From Thalia democratica (taxonomy: Eukaryota), in the NCBI GenBank assembly GCA_965202585.1, contig OZ241831.1, positions 32,116,001 to 32,180,000 of the forward strand: a stretch of DNA of 64,000 bases. The letters run 5' to 3'. Below are positions 1-12,270 of this stretch, one piece after another. Position 1 is the first letter of the stretch. Each line of letters begins with the position of its first letter. The notes beneath the pieces were generated by a model. That model was not told where the DNA came from, did not search any database, and was given only the letters and a program-made list of their open reading frames with translations. Position numbers and translations under genes: made by a program.

Positions 1-2
1 CA

Positions 3-1175
3 TGCTCGTACACATGTAAATGCCCAAAGGATGGCTGTAATCAAATGATAGATTTCACAGACATAATCCTAAAAGATGTCATGGTAACAGGTTTAGCCGA
101 TGAGGATATCCGTAAAGAGGTGCTAGGATGGGAAAATCTAGATGAGAAAAATTTCAATGAGACAATCGGTTATATTGAAGGAAAAGAGATGGCACGTGAT
201 GCAATGTCAAAACCCGCTGTTACAGCATCAGTTTTCTCATTCAAATCCTCAAAGAAAACCACACAAAAACCAAGTGGTAAAGTAACTTGTGACAGATGTA
301 ATAAATTTACTGATAAATTTGTTTGGAGCAGTAAAAATATGAGGTATATTGAGTGTTCTACCTGTAAAAAATGCTGGTTAAAGTCCTGTAAAAAAATTAA
401 TCAAAGTCACCAAAATTATGCTGATGAGTCAAATGCACTTCTTGTTGGTGGATTGTACACACCAAATGTGCGCAAATCCTTAAAGAAAACCACACAAAAA
501 CCAAGTGGTAAAACAACTTGTAGCATATGTAATAGATCAACTGATAAATTTGTTTGGAGCAGTAAAAATATGAGGTATATTGAGTGTCTTGCCTGTAAAA
601 AATGCTGGATAAAGTCCCGTAAAAAAGTTTATCAAAGTCATCAAAATTATGCTGATAAGTCAAATGCACTTCTAGTTGGTGGTTTGTATGCACAAAACTT
701 TGATGGCCTTTGCAGCCGAGGTCGTAGAAAAAATATGTTCGAGCGGAAAAACGCGAAGAAGAAAAAGGAGGTACAGGGACAGAAAAACGTACTTTTACAC
801 ACTGGATCGCGACAAAATTTAAAGAAGTCATTACCTTACGTCAGAAAGAGTGTTATGACCTACAATAACCCGCAGATCTCAAAAATTTGGCGTGACGTTT
901 GGAATAAAAAGGAAGAATCTCTCAGTATTTGTTTTGTTAAGTCTCTGGAAAATATAAGTGAGAACACAAAATCGTTGCCACCACTGAATTGCGGTGATCA
1001 TGTCGTGATACTAAATCGAACAGGTAACTTTCGTAGCAAGTGGGGGAATAGTGGAGTGGTGGTGGAAGTGAAGGACTGCCATCAATGTGTTGTCAAAGTT
1101 GATGGATCAGGTCGTTTAACTGCTCAAAATCGTAAGTTTCTGAGAAGATTTACCCTCCTGTTTGCATATCGCTAA
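3..1175 (+). CDS. Gag-like protein fused in frame to an integrase C-terminal (SH3-like) tail; protease, RT, RNase H and integrase core absent; 5' partial
   Basis: The frame is open from position 3 (CSYTCKCPKDGCNQMIDFTDIILKDVMVTGLADEDIRKEVLGW, Gypsy gag-like). The C-terminus LPPLNCGDHVVILNRTG...WGNSGVVVEVKDCHQCVVKVDGSGRLTAQNRKFLRRF resembles the tail of invertebrate Gypsy integrases. No protease, YxDD or DDE motifs are seen. Confidence 0.7.
   Translation, partial: CSYTCKCPKDGCNQMIDFTDIILKDVMVTGLADEDIRKEVLGWENLDEKNFNETIGYIEGKEMARDAMSKPAVTASVFSFKSSKKTTQKPSGKVTCDRCNKFTDKFVWSSKNMRYIECSTCKKCWLKSCKKINQSHQNYADESNALLVGGLYTPNVRKSLKKTTQKPSGKTTCSICNRSTDKFVWSSKNMRYIECLACKKCWIKSRKKVYQSHQNYADKSNALLVGGLYAQNFDGLCSRGRRKNMFERKNAKKKKEVQGQKNVLLHTGSRQNLKKSLPYVRKSVMTYNNPQISKIWRDVWNKKEESLSICFVKSLENISENTKSLPPLNCGDHVVILNRTGNFRSKWGNSGVVVEVKDCHQCVVKVDGSGRLTAQNRKFLRRFTLLFAYR
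242..698 (+). repeat. In-frame 231-bp (77-aa) tandem duplication of a Cys-rich module
   Basis: caaatcct...gaaaaccacacaaaaaccaagtggtaaa starts at 242 and again at 473. Each unit encodes CxxC-x18-CxxCxxCW followed by NALLVGGLY. Confidence 0.95.
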
Positions 1176-1364
1176 GTAGTGTCCCTTATCTGAGAAAGGC
1201 AAACATACCACTGTAAAAGTTTGTCTTTTCTGTAACGTTGAGAAAAAGATGTCAAGAAAAGTTTTAACGTTCTATGTTTTTATAGAAGGAAGATTCTTTT
1301 TGTGAAGCATTGTGTAATTTCCTTCTGTACTAGTGGTTTTCTTCGAAATTGATGTTGAACTGGA

Positions 1365-1955
1365 ATGGCTCGGATTTGCTTTGATCTATATTTTCTTGAC
1401 TTATATTTTCTACAGAAAAGCAAACAGACAGCCAAAGTTTACTGCGAACAACAATGTGTCCGGGATGAGTGTGTGAAATTATCGGATTATTTGCAGCGTT
1501 TCCGTGTAAGACTTTACGATGCTTTTCAAAAGCTTCGTGCCACCGATGTTTCTGATATTCATTTATTGTCAAGTTGGAATGTTCTCTGTAAATTAATGTT
1601 TTATGGTCTAATGAATGAGTTTCAGTCCAATGGTGACGTCCTAAAGTTTGTAGTTGACTTTGCAGCAAACTAGTCTAACAGCCATCTGTTCAAAGTGATC
1701 TTGGATGAGGACGCAGAGATTGATTTTCAAAAATTCGAACTTTTTGGTATCGAGTATTTGGAAAATAAGTGTAGCAGTATTTCGTCAGTGTTCAATGCTA
1801 TCAGTAATGCACCTTTTACTTTGTTTAAAGTCGAAAATATTATAAAGATGTTTATCAGCAAATGAAGTGAAGTTTCAAGATGATTAGATGAATGACGTGT
1901 GGTTTCGTTCTTCAAAGCTGAAAAGTTCGAATCGGTGAAGCAATTAAGTTTTTAA
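1365..1955 (+). pseudogene. Degenerate extra reading frame between the pol remnant and the PPT; product unknown
   Basis: The 102-aa ORF continues in the same frame through 4 stops (SNSHLFKVILDEDAEIDFQKFELFGIEYLENK...). Composition is less AT-rich than host DNA. Confidence 0.3.
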
Positions 1956-2235
1956 ATGCTTGTAAAGCAACTGTGTGAAGAAAAGTAAAGATTAAGTCTC
2001 AATTTTTTTGTTACAGTTTGTTTGTTTAAGTTGTAGTTTGTTTTAACAAATCATTTATTAGTGAACTAAGTTGATTGTAATTTTTGAAATGTTTTTGTCT
2101 TTTTGAGTTTAATTTCGTTGAATTTTAGACCTGAAAAATGCGTTTAAGTTGTAACAAAGTATTTAAAAAAAAAATTTTTTTTTGCTAAGTAAATTTGCCG
2201 TTTTATCTCCTTAGTAGATAAAATCTGGGGGGAGA

Positions 2236-2351
2236 TGTAGAAGTATTTACCTAGTTTTAGTTATGTTTTGTGTTACAGACTTTATCATTCTTGTAATTAG
2301 TTTGTGAATAAACTCAACCAAGAAAGATATATTTAATTACTAAACACAACA
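2236..2351 (+). repeat. Putative short 3' LTR
   Basis: Starts TGTAG right after the PPT, contains AATAAA and ends ...ACACAACA (TG...CA). The right boundary is inferred because the 5' LTR is not available. Confidence 0.5.
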
Positions 2352-4261
2352 TGAAATTTTAGAAAATGGTAACCTTGAGAGTTTAGACATTTGTTTTCTG
2401 ATAGCAAGTTACTTTACAAAGTTTTTTCAATACTTTGTTTTGTTAACTTTAAAAAATTTAAATAAAATTTATCATTAAAAGTTATTAGTATTTCGTAATA
2501 CACTTTTTATACATGCTTAAAGCACTAAATTTTTTTGTAATGAAACAGTGTTGTACTTATATTTTTTTTACTTATAACTTAAAAAAACAACAACAAAAAT
2601 ACTTAGTATTGAGTTTACTACTTATATTTGTAGATAACTACAAAGATCTATAACTAAAATATTTGTGAAATAAGTCTGTATTTAATTAATAATATGAGTT
2701 TGGTTTTAGTTGCTATTTAAGGCGCTTAATGTTTTTAAAAAACTTTTGTTTACATACTTATTGATAAAATTATAATGAAAAAGATAAAAAAAATTGTGTG
2801 CAAAAGTTAATATTGTAACAAAAAACTTTTTTAGTAACAGGATCAAAATATAAATTGGAGTTATGGTTCAAACTCTATTTTGTTTTATAACTTTTATTCG
2901 ATGGTTTAGATCTTAATAGTTTTACTTACATACAGTTTTGCTTAACACAACAAAAACAAAATACAACATTTTTTTAGGTTTTGAGAAGTTATCGTATAAC
3001 CTTTCATATAAAATACAAGATACGAGTTAAAAAGGTGCAAAAAAGAAAACATTTGTTTACATGCAAAGTTTGTTTTACTTATAAAAACTTTTTTTTAATT
3101 ATCAAAATATACCTAAATATCGTGTTTGAAGTTCATAAAATAAATTACCAAATAATTAGTTGCTAATAAGTTTAAAAAATAATTACCTTAAAATAAGTCA
3201 GACAAAATAAAGGTAAATATAATAATAAAAAACTACTTTTATTATATATTCAAAATTAAATTATGTATAGTGTGTATTATGCTTTTATTTCTTTTGTAGT
3301 CATACTTTTCAGTTTATGTTAAACGTAAAACAAAAGAATTTGCCTTTAAAAAGTATGTATGGCTTATGTTTTATTAAAAGTGTGATTTTGCTCCTGTTTA
3401 ATTTAATTTCATTTGTATTGGACTTATAAGAGGTTTCCACTAAAGTTTTTATGCTGAAAAATTAACAATGTAAGTAAATACTTTAAAAATTTGAAACTGC
3501 AAACGTAAAGTTAAATTAAATTTATTAATACAATTTGTAATATGTCACTTAGGCAAAACTGAAACTTTAATCTCTGAAGAGAAGTAATTTCAAATGTAAA
3601 ACCTGCTAAAAACATTTTTACATCAATTACGCTAAAAATAGAAAGCATGAATTGAAAATAAATTTTAGTTTCAATTGAATTTAAGACTTCCTAAAATCTT
3701 AAATTAATCAATTTTATAACATTATTTATTTTTTATTTTTGAAGTCAAACTAAGTTTGTTTCTAGCAAAACAGACAAAATCTTAAATGCATAGCTGAAGC
3801 TAAATTAAGTTGTTATTTTTTTACTTAATCTAACATTTTTAGTTCGCAAATGCCTATATAAAAATCTATAATGAAGTTTTGACTTCACTCTATGTATTAA
3901 AAAAGGTAATAGTCTTAAAATAAGTGGTTTTTGATTGATTTAAAACTATAAAAAATATAACTTTTTGAACTGTCGATATTAAATATATTATTTACATTTA
4001 AAATTAAATATCATAAACAATACTTTTAAATTTTCAAAGTTAAGATTTAATTCTTAAAGTCGTTAACTTAAATCTTAGTTCTTAGATAACTCTCTTGAAT
4101 ATCTGGTTTCGAAAAAAAGTTTTTTTTTTTATTGTTTAGTAAATTTTGGTTTAAAAACTCCAAACTAATGCAAACTTATTATTTGAAACATTTATAAATT
4201 TATATAAATTTTTGTCTAAAAATTCAAGGTATTTATTATTCTAGTAGTATACTAAACATAC

Positions 4262-7200
4262 CAAATGATAAGCACTTTTTTAGTAATTAAATGAAGAAAA
4301 CTTTTCATTTAGACTAAATTGATCTTGAACATTTAAATTGAAAAAACTTTTTCCCGCTAACGCGTTTTTGTTTACTTCTAGAGTCTAGAATCTAGACTAA
4401 CATCGTTAAATTTAGCTGGTCTCAAATAACTTCCTACTTTTGCATTCAGTCGTTCTTGGCGGCTTTTTCTCACTTTATTCAGTACCTTTAGAGCTTGAAA
4501 AATACTTATATGTGTTTTCTACGCTTTTTTTTTAAGTACACAGAGAATGAATTTTGTAAGTATGCTATAAAATCACTAGTTTTTATTTACTTCGTACTTA
4601 ACCAAGCCCAAAAAATCTTAATTTTAAAGTAAATCAAGTTATCTAAATTTTATTTTTATTTTAGCAAAGTATTTTTTTTTTCTAACCATATAAACCAGTT
4701 TTAGATGTACACAACCAAACACATTGGTGATAAAGTTAATATTTTTCGGAACCCTATATTTTATAACAAAACACACAGTTTATAATTTTTAACTTTAGCA
4801 AATTTTACTTTTGAATTATAACTTCTACAATCCTTATATTATATTCTTTAGTACTTATTTACATTTTTATCGATTAATATCTACAAACTAATTCATTAAT
4901 AAACTTAGCCGTGTGAGATAAAACAAAATTAAAATTTTTAACAGTAAAGTATATAAGTCTTTGATAAAGATCTAAAACAAGTTAGAGTTTTTGAGGTAAA
5001 AAAATTAAGTTGGCTTTTTAGTTTGGTAACTGAACTACTAAAGTAAAACGTTTATAGAATTTTTATATGATTTTAGTTACGTTTTAAAAGATTATAGGGT
5101 GCTAAAACATTTGGTAAAAATTTTAACTTAAATTTATTTCCCATGTAAATGACAACTTTTTACTAATTCATTAAATCAATACACAACTTGTGAAATGTTA
5201 TAACGGTAATTTGAGAAGAACTAAATTGAAAATAATAAAAGCTTAAATTATCGATTGCTCTGCTCAAAACTATAGCAATATTTCTTCGAATCGTTTTTTT
5301 TTTCTATGAAATAACTTTGAACCGTCATGGCTTAACAGATTTATTTGATTTTACGAAAATGATAAATTACTTTAAATGCACTAACAGTTGTACTTTACCG
5401 AACGTAACAAAAAAATAATTTAATTTACAATATCGTCATATTTTGATCTAAACATACTTTAAGTAGTTATTTTGATAACAAATTTGTTTTTAAAAGTTAT
5501 CTAGAAATATAAAATATTGATCATTATCTCTAAGTTAAAGCATTTATAAAGTTACTCTTTCACTTGTATTTATACTTTCATAACTAAACTTAAGAATAGT
5601 TAGCATAAAAACAACACTTCTAAAGTGTTATTCAAACGAACTTAGATCCTTTCGTAGTCAAAAAAGGAAAAAAAAACAACAAAGATTAATTATTTTTGAT
5701 CATATATCTATTAACTACTGACTTATGTAAAATATTTAAAATACTTTTGATTTTAAGCAATCAATTTCAACTTTAAAACTAAGTAGAATGGTATGGTAAG
5801 TGTGACATACCTTACACTACAAAACACATAGTCCTAATATAACTAAAAAGAAATGAAACTAATGTTGAATAAGTTTTTTAATTCGTTTTAGCTTTGTAAT
5901 CGGACTTATCTCTTTTATACTTTAGTTAAAAACATTATAAACAAACTTAAAACAAAATTTTCCCGTAGTTTATACAACAAACCAAAACCTAATATATAAC
6001 AAACAACAATGATTAAATGAAAGTAAAGACTCGATATTTTTTGTCGAACTAAATACATAGAAAAATATAAAAACTTGAGTATAGCAAGTTGGTTCATTTG
6101 AAATATTATATAGTTTGAAACCAACATAATAGTCTCAACAACTTGACAATTTATAATCAAAAACTTACTTGTTTATGCAATTTTTAGTATATAATTGAAA
6201 AATGTAAAAAAATACTTTGAAAAATATTAATCGAATTTTGTTTATACTACTCAACTCAAATCTGTCAAAAAACTATTCAAGATATTCTTGTTATATAAGT
6301 AGTTGTTTAAAATAACTTAATAGTTGTTGAAAGAATAGTAGCTTTAATCCTGATGATAATACTTCTCATAATTGTTGACATCTTACTCAATTTTAGAAGT
6401 ATATTATGATAGTTACTATACGCATTTAGTTTAGAAGTACTTTTTATAAAGTTTGCAGCTTTTTATGTTTTAGGAAAAATTCAGAAAACTTTTATAGTAA
6501 CTCGCAGTAACAAATTTTATAATTTATAGTTCATTTGTTTAAACAGATTCACAAAACATCAAAATCATATGTGCAGTTCAAACTAGTTTGTATACAAATA
6601 AAAGGTCAAGCGCTACAGCTTATTAAGACGACCTTTCATTTATCACAATTTAAAATATATTATTTGCATATGTTGCATTGCAGTTTTATCATAAGTTCAC
6701 ATCAAAAAACTTTCAGACTTGTTATTTAAAAAAAATCATGTTATTTTAAGGTATCTTACACGTGATATCGTATGATTTTAAAATATATATATTTGAAAAA
6801 AGTTTAAATTAGTCATATCCTCAAATCAAGCTGTTATCACTAGATTCTGAAGTTTTATATTTAATTCAAGAAAAATCTATAAGTAGACAAAAGTATCGAT
6901 AATTTAAACACGCGAATAAAATATTCAAATCTCTGCGTGAATTACTTGTTGCCTGACTAATTTACATCTTGTCATATGTTTTGCAATTTAACTTAACTTC
7001 TTTACAAAGATACATTAGCTTTAATCAATTTTATTTCAGTTGTGATGCTAAATTACTTAACGGAACAAAAATTTAGAAGGCGACATAAAAAAAAACTATA
7101 TGTTAAAGTTTAAAAGCTTATTAAAACTTAAAAAAAATAGTTTAAAATACCTCTAAAATTAGTTTGACGAGTTATTCATGATAATCATGATAAAATTTTT

Positions 7201-10200
7201 AGATTTTTATTAAAACACTACGTAAATGGCATGCTTAATCTAAGTTTAATAGCAGTTTTGTAATTACCAACCGAAGTTCTAATAGTGTGTGAATATTGAG
7301 TGGCTTGTGTGATCAAGATTCATTTACAATATTTTAACAGACAAGATCTGATAAGAAGGAAATCGTAAAAGTCAGGTAGCATGTTGACGGAAAGTAAACA
7401 CAAAATGAAGATAAAACATGAAAACTTTGACGGAAAAAATTAACTTAAATTAGCCGTTTTGACTGCTTATACAAACAATTAAGCTTTCATAGTTTAAATT
7501 TATTTAGCGTGCTGATAAAATTTGTAAACATTTATTTACAATTAATTTTCCAAACTAATCAATCAAATTTACATGTTAAACTATGTGCATACACTTTTTA
7601 TGGAAAAACTACGATTGATTATTTTTAAAACAAGTTGTTTGAAAACTTGTACAGTTCAAAAACTGTTAAGATTAAATGTTTTACCTTTTAACCTATAGTG
7701 TCATAATTTTTAATTTAACGTTTGACAACTTTAAACTTTGGTAATTATTGAAATTTTTCCATTTTCGTGCTAGATGATATGTAGTTTTATCAAATTAAAA
7801 TATAAATAACTTTAAAAATTAGCAAGTATATTTAAAACCCAAATTGAATAATTATTTTTTTAGTCTTTTATAAAACACTTTTAGAAGTTGTTACATGCAT
7901 TTTTATATTCCAAATAAAGTTTTTAAAAGTTTCATACAGTTTTAAACTTATTTAGTTACTTACCATTAAAAACTATATTTATCTTGTTTCCAATTAATGA
8001 GTTCAAGGTAAAATTCTTTCCGTAATAATTTCTTTTTACATCTTTTTTTAAATATTGCTTTGTTCTGTTTAATTTATGTAACTAATTTTTTACTTTATGA
8101 AAACACCAAACACACTTTACGATAAGTTTTTATTGCTTTATGGATTATTGTTCTTCGAGTTATTTTTTTTTTAGCTTCTGATCTTCAGTTAAAAGTTAAT
8201 AACATTTAATATTAAATAAACATACAGTTTTTATTACAATTTCTTTAAGCTTTTAACTAATTTTTTCAGTATTTTTCGCTTAAATCTTTGGCTATGTTTT
8301 TGTTAGATTTTTATATAGAATAGTCGACAAGTTTTTAAGTTAACTAAAAATGTTTTGAATAAATAAAACTTGTAAACTAAAAAGTATGATAATAATGTAA
8401 ACTTATCTTCTAATATGATGTAAGTTTGTTTAATCTACTTTATAAAAATATATAACTAATTTCTGATAATTATTCGTAGTTACATTTATCTTTTAAAAAA
8501 CGATTAGCCGAAATATTTTCTGTTACTTTGTGATAAATTATATCAGTACTTTAATTGCTTAACAAATGAAATTTACATAAGAAAGTATTAAACTAAAATA
8601 TTTGTAGTTTAACAAAACTAATTTTTTTACCATAACTTAAAATACTTTTATGATCTTTATTTTGTTTAAAAAAAACTTATACAAGAGTCAAGCTTTGTAC
8701 TATTATAATGCATAAACTTTTTTATATATAAATGGTTTTCTACAAATTGATCTCTTATGAAACATCAACAATAAATAGTAACCAAGCGTTTAGAAGCTTT
8801 TTTAATTCAACTCAAAAATGTTCGTTAACATAAGTTTCTTGTAAATTAACACAAAGAGGACATGTTTTTTTCTGTTATTAAGTTATTGTTTGTTGTTGTT
8901 ATTAGAAAACTTCATTACAGTTTAAAAATTTGTAATATTACACTTTTGTTATTTTTGTAATTTCACAGTAAGCCTGCAAGGGTTAAACCTAAATGTACTC
9001 AAGTAGCTTAAAAGGTTGAATGTAACAGATAGAGATTTTGTAAGCGTTTACTTAATGGTTTTAAGTCAAGTACATTAGTTAAGCATGTTTATAAAATTAA
9101 CCTATTTTTTTCTCGATTACTTTTCTTAATTATTAGTTACTCTTAGACGTTAAAAGGTTTCTTTTGAGTTTTGTTTTTTCAAAGAAATTGTATGCTAAAA
9201 ATTTAGAAAACTAATGAGGAATATAATAAAATATAATTTATTAGTTCTTGTTATCTTTTAGTAAATAAAATCAAAACCTTGATAAATAAATTACGCAAAA
9301 CAAAAGGCGATAAATTTTTTTTTTTTTTATGTAAACTAACAGACTAGAGTTCATTTTTAAATAATAGCGTTATATTGAAAGCAAAATAAAATACGTTATC
9401 TCGATTTATTCTACAAATGCTAGTCAGCATAAAAGCCATTTTTTTATATGCTAATGAAAACTAGAAACTTTAAACCTTTTTTTTATAAAAAAACAATATT
9501 TTTTGTTCAAACTTCCGAAAAAACAGGGATAATGCTTTCCTGTACATTTCAGTATAGTTAAAATTAATATTAAAACCTGTTGTTAAAGTTAAAAAAGAAT
9601 TATGATAATTTAACTTATATTAGGTTTGTTAAAATAAAAGTTGTGAAAAGGATTTCTTGATTTAACACTTTAGAATACAAACGATAAGATTGTAGGTAAA
9701 GTAACAAAAGTAAACAACGAACCATTTATTTGCGTGTTAGTAGAATACTCAAAAATAGTTGAACTTGTTTGTTCTTGAATATTTGTTTTTACTTTAGAAA
9801 TTCCATCAACTAAAAATATATTTTGTGACTGAATAAATATATCTTCTCATTCTTTTTGTAAAAAATTTACTATGTTTATTTATAACAGTTAAGTATTATA
9901 CCAATTACCTATAAGACAATTACCATTTGTTTCAACATCAGTACTTTATATTTGACATTGGTAAACTAATTGAACCACTTTGCTATATAACTGTCAATCA
10001 AATGTTGATTTATAGTTGAAATGTTGTGCTACGTCTACAACTAACTGATTGTAATTTTAAAAATAAGTATTAATTGAACTTAAAAAAAACATTTATTTTT
10101 ACAATCTTTTTTTCTTTACGTTTTAAATTTATAACTTTATCTTTTTACGAATAAAGTACAACAAAATATTTAAAACTTGATTAATGTTTGAAAAAACGAT

Positions 10201-10397
10201 TATAAAAATGAGCAAAAACAACAAACTACTTGTATGAAAAGTGTCTTTTAAATTACAATATGGTGTCTTTTGTAAAAAAAAGTTATTTGAATTGTACGAA
10301 GTATGCTAGAAATTATTAAAACTCATGTTGGTAATTGCTGCATTGTTAGTTCTTTTAAATCTTTTCAGAAATCCATATCATGCGTATGACGTATCTG
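4262..10397 (-). pseudogene. RNF220-like: RNF220-like gene, tandem copy 1 (disrupted)
   Basis: Exon remnants at 9924-10397 (TGG>TGA and TAG stops), 9723-9809 (intact 87 nt, DGISKVKTNIQEQTSS...), 8783-9090 (acceptor lost, TCPLCVNLQETYVNEHF*VELKKL) and 4262-4485 (VLNKVRKSRQERLNAKVGSYL, 14-nt insertion, stop). Same order as copy 2. Confidence 0.7.
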
Positions 10398-11421
10398 CTT
10401 AAAAATAAGCATTTAAATGTACTATATTCATTTTTGATGTTTAATTATTTTTCATTTAACAGCTTCTGTAAAAACAAAAAAAAATTATAAATTCTAAGAA
10501 AGTTTAATATAGTTATGTTTATAATTACCTTTTTTTGACTACCTAAATAATCAACATAAGTTTTAAACTATACATATGAGTTGTTTCAATAAAACAAAAA
10601 ATCTAGTTATCTGATCTATAATGCTTATAAACGCTGACATAAAAGTTTTAAATAAGTTTATTTTTAACTAATAAATGACTTGAATTTACTTAACATAAGT
10701 AATGTTCAAAAACAGCATACATTTCGGATTATAACTAAATTTAAAAAAAGAATTGCTTGTTCTATCTAACTTAAAATAATCTATCATTAAATAATAGCAA
10801 AAAAAGTTTATATTTCTAAGATATGACAATTGCAAAAGTATTTTTTATTACACATAAGTAAAGAAACTAATAGGTTCGATTTAATAACTTGAACCGAAGT
10901 GTCAAAACATAAGTTTATTAAAAAACTATTACCAACTTTATTTAAACTTTAAATGTAATTTAAGCAAGTTTTTTATTGTGCTCTAACTAAAATATTTTAT
11001 CTGACTCGGTGCTAATAATTTTTTCATTAATTGAATAATTAAAATGCTTACTAGCCTTGTTTCTTTCGCTAACAAAATAATGATGACAGCCGTAGTTTAC
11101 TGATAATTAAATCCGCAAACTGTTTTTTTTAGTATTTTTTACACAACAATAATCGATTCTACAAAATTATATCAAACAAACATAGAATCTTGTTAACTTT
11201 TTTTTACAATTACTAATTTATAAAATTTATTTAGAAAAATACTCTATTAAAAAAGAAACCTACTTCGTGTGAATTGAATACTAAAACTTGTCGCTTCGTA
11301 ATTTTCAGAACAAAATACCTATTTTGTTTTTATAATCTCAACAACATGTACTTTAACTTTATAGTCTTTTTTATGCTTAGTAATTGAAAGATTGTCAAAT
11401 CTAAACATCTTGAGTATAAAC

Positions 11422-12270
11422 CAGGGGTCGGCAGGCTGGAGGTACTCGGGGACCTGATTTCGAATTTGAATCATGTTCGGGGCCGCAGTTTTAGTTTTAG
11501 TGAGACATTAAACTTTTTTAGTTTTAACCAGTCTAATACTTGAGTCTAAGTTATATGGGAACGGGTCAGAAAAGTACGGGTGACACTTTAACACAGAGTG
11601 ACACTTTAGCTCGGGTGACAATTTAGCACGGTGTGACACTTTAGCACGGCGTCATTTTAGCACGGAGTAACACTTTAGCAAGAGGTGACAATTTCGCACG
11701 GTATGACACTTTAGCACAGAATGTCACTTTAGCACGGCGTGACTTTAGCACGGATAGACACTTTAACACGGAGTGACATTTTAGCACAAATATTTTTTTT
11801 CATTTTTTTCTATGCTGAAATCACGTTAGGTACTGTATGGTTTAAAAATCTAAAAACGAACTATGCGACATGTAAACTAAAAGTTAAGAAACTTTAAATG
11901 AGTTACAATATTTAGCTAGAGTTTAAACTAAAACAAAAGTAAATTTGAAAATTTTATTAACTTGTTTTACTATTTGATTTTAGATGAAAATATTTTGATA
12001 CTTTTACTTTAAATTTTTCGACATAAAACTATTTTAATAAAGCTAGCAATAAATACAAGCTCTAGGCCTATTAACTTTATTTTTATTGTTGTAACTAATT
12101 AAATAAGGGACAAAATATGGAATACTTCAAATAACAGAGCTTTAACCAAAAAAATCAAATTATAACTAATTTTTAGTGTGCCAGATCAGCATACTCGCGG
12201 GCCACAGAATTAACCTTTGCGGGCCGCGTCCCATAAAAAATGAAAAAAATGCACGTGTTGCCGACCCTTG
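11422..12270. mobile_element. Non-autonomous hAT (Charlie-like) element
   Basis: TIRs caggggtcggca / tgccgacccttg, an 8-bp TSD gtataaac / atataaac (7 of 8 match), and subterminal gcgggccgc motifs. Confidence 0.85.
11580..11789 (+). repeat. Minisatellite, about 12 imperfect copies of a 16-18 bp unit gtgacactttagcacgg(n)
   Basis: Directly visible tandem units without spacers, nested inside the hAT element. Confidence 0.9.

Larger units (their letters stand above)
1..2351 (+). mobile_element. 3' part of an internally deleted Ty3/Gypsy-like LTR retrotransposon
   Basis: A gag-like ORF is fused to an integrase C-terminal tail. Downstream, a polypurine tract GGGGGGAGA (2227-2235) is followed directly by TGTAG, a typical 3' LTR start. 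The 5' LTR lies outside the window. Confidence 0.7.

Noticed and set aside
397-831. 144-aa antisense ORF
   Set aside because: It is a shadow of the gag-like frame and its internal repeat.
6535-6729. Similar 64-68 aa plus-strand ORFs at 6535 and 31256
   Set aside because: They have TTG starts and the frame is shifted in the third copy (about 21330). Treated as a conserved block of unknown function rather than a CDS.
5140-7450. Alternative genetic code (stop reassignment) to explain the conserved blocks
   Set aside because: Readthrough gave no coherent protein, the copies differ by frame-breaking indels, and QARS has no in-frame stop codons in 612 codons.
11580-11789. CRISPR-like array
   Set aside because: The units are contiguous and degenerate with no unique spacers, no cas genes are present, and the context is eukaryotic.
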